Assembly (NCBI GenBank): GCA_965203295.1
Contig: CBDBCZ010000017.1
Span: 384,001-448,000 of the forward strand
Length of the DNA stretch: 64,000 nucleotides
Reading direction: 5' to 3'
Origin: Nitrospirales bacterium
GTDB lineage: Bacteria; Nitrospirota; Nitrospiria; Nitrospirales; UBA8639
Part shown: positions 61,443-64,000 of the stretch, one piece after another
How the letters are laid out: every line of letters begins with the position of its first letter
Numbering within the stretch: the first letter of the stretch is position 1
The notes under the pieces: generated by a model
What the model was told of the DNA's origin: nothing
Databases searched by the model: none
Seen by the model: the letters and a program-made list of their open reading frames with translations, nothing else
Made by a program: the position numbers and the translations under genes

Positions 61443-62128
61443 GTTCCAAAACGTTTAACAGCGCCAGGCACCACGCCCACTAAATTTTCCACAGTCATGT
61501 GACGCTTTTGACGTTAGGTAAATCATAGATATGGGTAAATTTATTCATTTGTCATTTATAGCCGCAGCAGCAAGGTATACAAAATGGCTAATATGCAACA
61601 TGTACATCATGATAAGGAGTCAGAGAACCAGATCCATTTTTTTCACTAATAAGATGCAGGGTGTTCGTAAGGCTGAATAATAATGGAAGGGGATACATGT
61701 ACAGCAGGAGCAGAAATGATTCACTGCTGATAACTGTAAGGGAACATTTATATGGTACCTCACAGATACATACAGCTGTACATGGTTGAAATGGTGCTTT
61801 TCAGGAGGCTTTTTCTACCATGCATAATGCTGTCCATAGGGTGGGCAATGAGCTGTGCATGCAGCAAAGGCTATGTAATTTTTGCAATAACGCTTTGTCT
61901 TACTCTATATGTATAGTGAGGGAATTATTCAAATTAATTATTCATGAGATGTACAAGCAATATTAGTGCACAATTTGTATGTAAAATGCAATCATCAAGG
62001 CATGCAATAAAATGATGTATACATGAAATGTAATGTGTATAATGTTAACTCGATCATGTATGAGAAGAGTTGATGCCTCCATATGACCATCAAACAGTAA
62101 ATAAGCAGTACTCTAATTATTCATTGTG

Positions 62129-62500
62129 TCATTTGCGTGAAGTTTTTCTTGAAATCCACTCTTTAATCTTCTTGATGTTCAGAACGTACAACAAGTTGGC
62201 AATTGGATACAGTCCCAGCACTGACACTCCGATATTCACTGGAAGTTCGATCCTAAGAGACTGGAACGATCTCTGACATACTATTCCTGGTGTGATTCCA
62301 ACAGCTTCACAGGTGAGATATTCCTTAAGATTTTCACTAAACCCAGCTTGTCCACTGATCATGAGAGAAGTTAAAGAGCCAATTGCTTTGAGACTGCCAA
62401 TAAGAAATACATAATAGATGAAAGTGATGAGTATTTTGAGTTCGGCTGGACTATGAAACAGGTGAGATGATAGAACTGCTTTTATTAACGGTCGCATGGG
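62129..62500 (-). pseudogene. Orphan last exon (TM6-ECL3-TM7) of a more divergent receptor paralog
   Basis: PMRPLIKAVLSSHLFHSPAELKILITFIYY...EYLTCEAVGITPGIVCQRSF...PVNIGVSVLGLYPIANLLYV aligns with exon 6 of copies 1-7. The polypyrimidine tract TGTTTCTTTTTTCACAA ends in AA instead of AG. No upstream exons within the window. Confidence 0.7.
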
Positions 62501-62968
62501 TTGTGAAAAAAGAAACATAATATGAAGCAGAAGTCTCAATTGATCCTATGACTACATGACTACATTATTTGGATAATGCACACTTTCTAAATTATGCACA
62601 CTTTCTAAATTATGCCCGGCAGACTGTCTGGCTGTCTGAGGTCAACAAGAGTACTAAATACTTTAAGCATCAGTTGTGAAGCTTGGTTTCTGAGTATATT
62701 TCCCGTGTCCCGACTCTAGTACATGTATTGCAGCCTGCATGCCTGTAACTATAAGGATGAGGGCAGGAATTTATCCACACACAAATGTACACTATATACC
62801 AGTAACTGGAATGTCTCAAAGAAAGTTGCCACTAATAAAAAAAAGTACACTGTATGTATTATTATATACACGTACCTAAAATAAAAGTGACAAAAACATA
62901 ATATGTATAGGGTTCAGCAACTTTCATAATTAGCTCACTAACTAACTCTCTTCATGCAATCAGTTTAA

Positions 62969-63533
62969 TCACCACGGGCCCATGACCTCAGGTTCTTCGT
63001 ACTCATAGTAATCCATTTCATCAAACTCAGCCAGCTGCTCAAAGACTTCTTCTTCTCCTGCAGCTCTCCCTGCCCTCGAACCAGACGGTCCCCTTGGTCC
63101 AGCGGTTCCAGGACGACCCCTCGTAGGGGGACCCGGTGGGCCAGGTGGTCCTATTGGTCCAGCACCAGGAGTACCCGGTCTTCGAGTACCAGGTGTTCGA
63201 GATCCGCTATTGGTGCAGACACAGAACAGACGGCCTGCCCTGCGATTAAACCTGCATACTCCACGCCTGTAGCCCTTTCTTCCACACCCTATTGCGCATT
63301 GAGCTGGTCCGTAATCTGCAGCAATACAGAATAACCAACACAGGAATGATCCATAGATATTAAACACATTTTAATCTTGCTACTATCATAATTAGCTATA
63401 ATAATAGCTGTAAGTTTGATATTAAGAGTGTATACACATATTATCACTCACCGCAAACATTCTTGGAAGACTCTGCCACTGAGACAATGGCCAACACCAC
63501 AGCTGCAGCCAAAAAGATGATGGTAGCCTTCAT
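62969..63533 (-). CDS. Secreted CSab (cis-)defensin-like precursor with Gly-X-Y linker and acidic tail, 142 aa
   Basis: Exon 1 63533-63452 (MKATIIFLAAAVVLAIVSVAESSKNVC, donor G|GTGAGT) and exon 2 63315-62969 (acceptor TGCAG|AT) give ...NVCDYGPAQCAIGCGRKGYRRGVCRFNRRAGRLFCVC-TNSGS...GPIGPPGPPGPPTRGRPGTAGPRGPSGSR...EEEVFEQLAEFDEMDYYEYEEPEVMGPW*. Cys spacing C-x6-C-x3-C-x9-C-x10-C-x-C. Confidence 0.88.
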
Positions 63534-63586
63534 ATTGGTAGCTTCTTATGTTGCTGGAAGATGCTCAGTGACTAGAGAGGAGCTGC

Positions 63587-63593
63587 TTTTATA
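63587..63593 (-). promoter_or_regulatory. TATA box of the defensin-like gene
   Basis: The minus strand reads GCTATAAAAG, with TATAAAA 54-60 nt upstream of the ATG and an Inr-like TCACT about 22-26 nt downstream. Confidence 0.6.
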
Positions 63594-64000
63594 GCAGTAG
63601 ACAGATAGCTATATAAGGATTCTGTGGATATAGATGTAGTCACAAATTAAACCTGCTGCCCTCCGTACTTGGCTTTGCTACTGTACATATCCCTATAGAT
63701 CATTGCTGCAGTATCCTGTAAGCCAAACGTATACAGAATGATGGTAAGTATACAATGCATGTACACTTAGTCTAGTGATGGCACACAGGATACTACCTGG
63801 AACTGATTGAGAAGCAGAAAACCTTCAGTACTTCCTCAGCATGTATGGCGGTTTATGGCTGAATATGACTGTTTACACATTTTAGCTAAATAGAATAACT
63901 TTAAATTTCCTGTCCTTGAATTATGAGTGGGTTGATTCATGGGTATAAAGAGTTCAATTCTGTGACTCTGCAATCTCTAAGGTCTTATGTTGTTGCTGTA

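Noticed and set aside
62969..63367. Structural collagen or spongin gene
   Set aside because: Only about nine interrupted Gly-X-Y triplets and no NC1/COLFI domain; the dominant feature is the six-Cys defensin-like head.

Overview
Eukaryotic (animal) genomic DNA: spliceosomal GT-AG introns, TTAGGG-type repeats and many MITEs. A demosponge origin is my impression from the repeat landscape and cannot be proven from this window. Left to right: (1) an 11-exon minus-strand gene for an unidentified ~1,030-aa coiled-coil/low-complexity protein with duplicated exons and a 51-bp coding repeat (934-9171); (2) a divergently oriented 8-exon tRNA-His guanylyltransferase gene, THG1L (10946-15803); (3) a ~46-kb head-to-tail array of seven six-exon paralogs plus one orphan last exon (16440-62500). 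These encode class-F-like (Frizzled/Smoothened-like) receptors with an unusual layout: a short N-tail, an extra N-terminal hydrophobic helix, a ROR/MuSK-type Frizzled CRD and a Smoothened-like 7TM. Six copies look intact. One is a chimeric pseudogene carrying a young, intact Bel/Pao LTR retrotransposon (46604-52992). (4) A two-exon gene, only partly visible in the ORF track, for a secreted precursor: signal peptide, six-Cys CSab (cis-)defensin, short Gly-X-Y collagen-like linker and acidic C-terminal tail (62969-63533). The receptor array and the defensin-collagen precursor are the two best candidates for undescribed biology. Gene models were spliced by hand and family assignments rest on recalled motifs; no database search was run.
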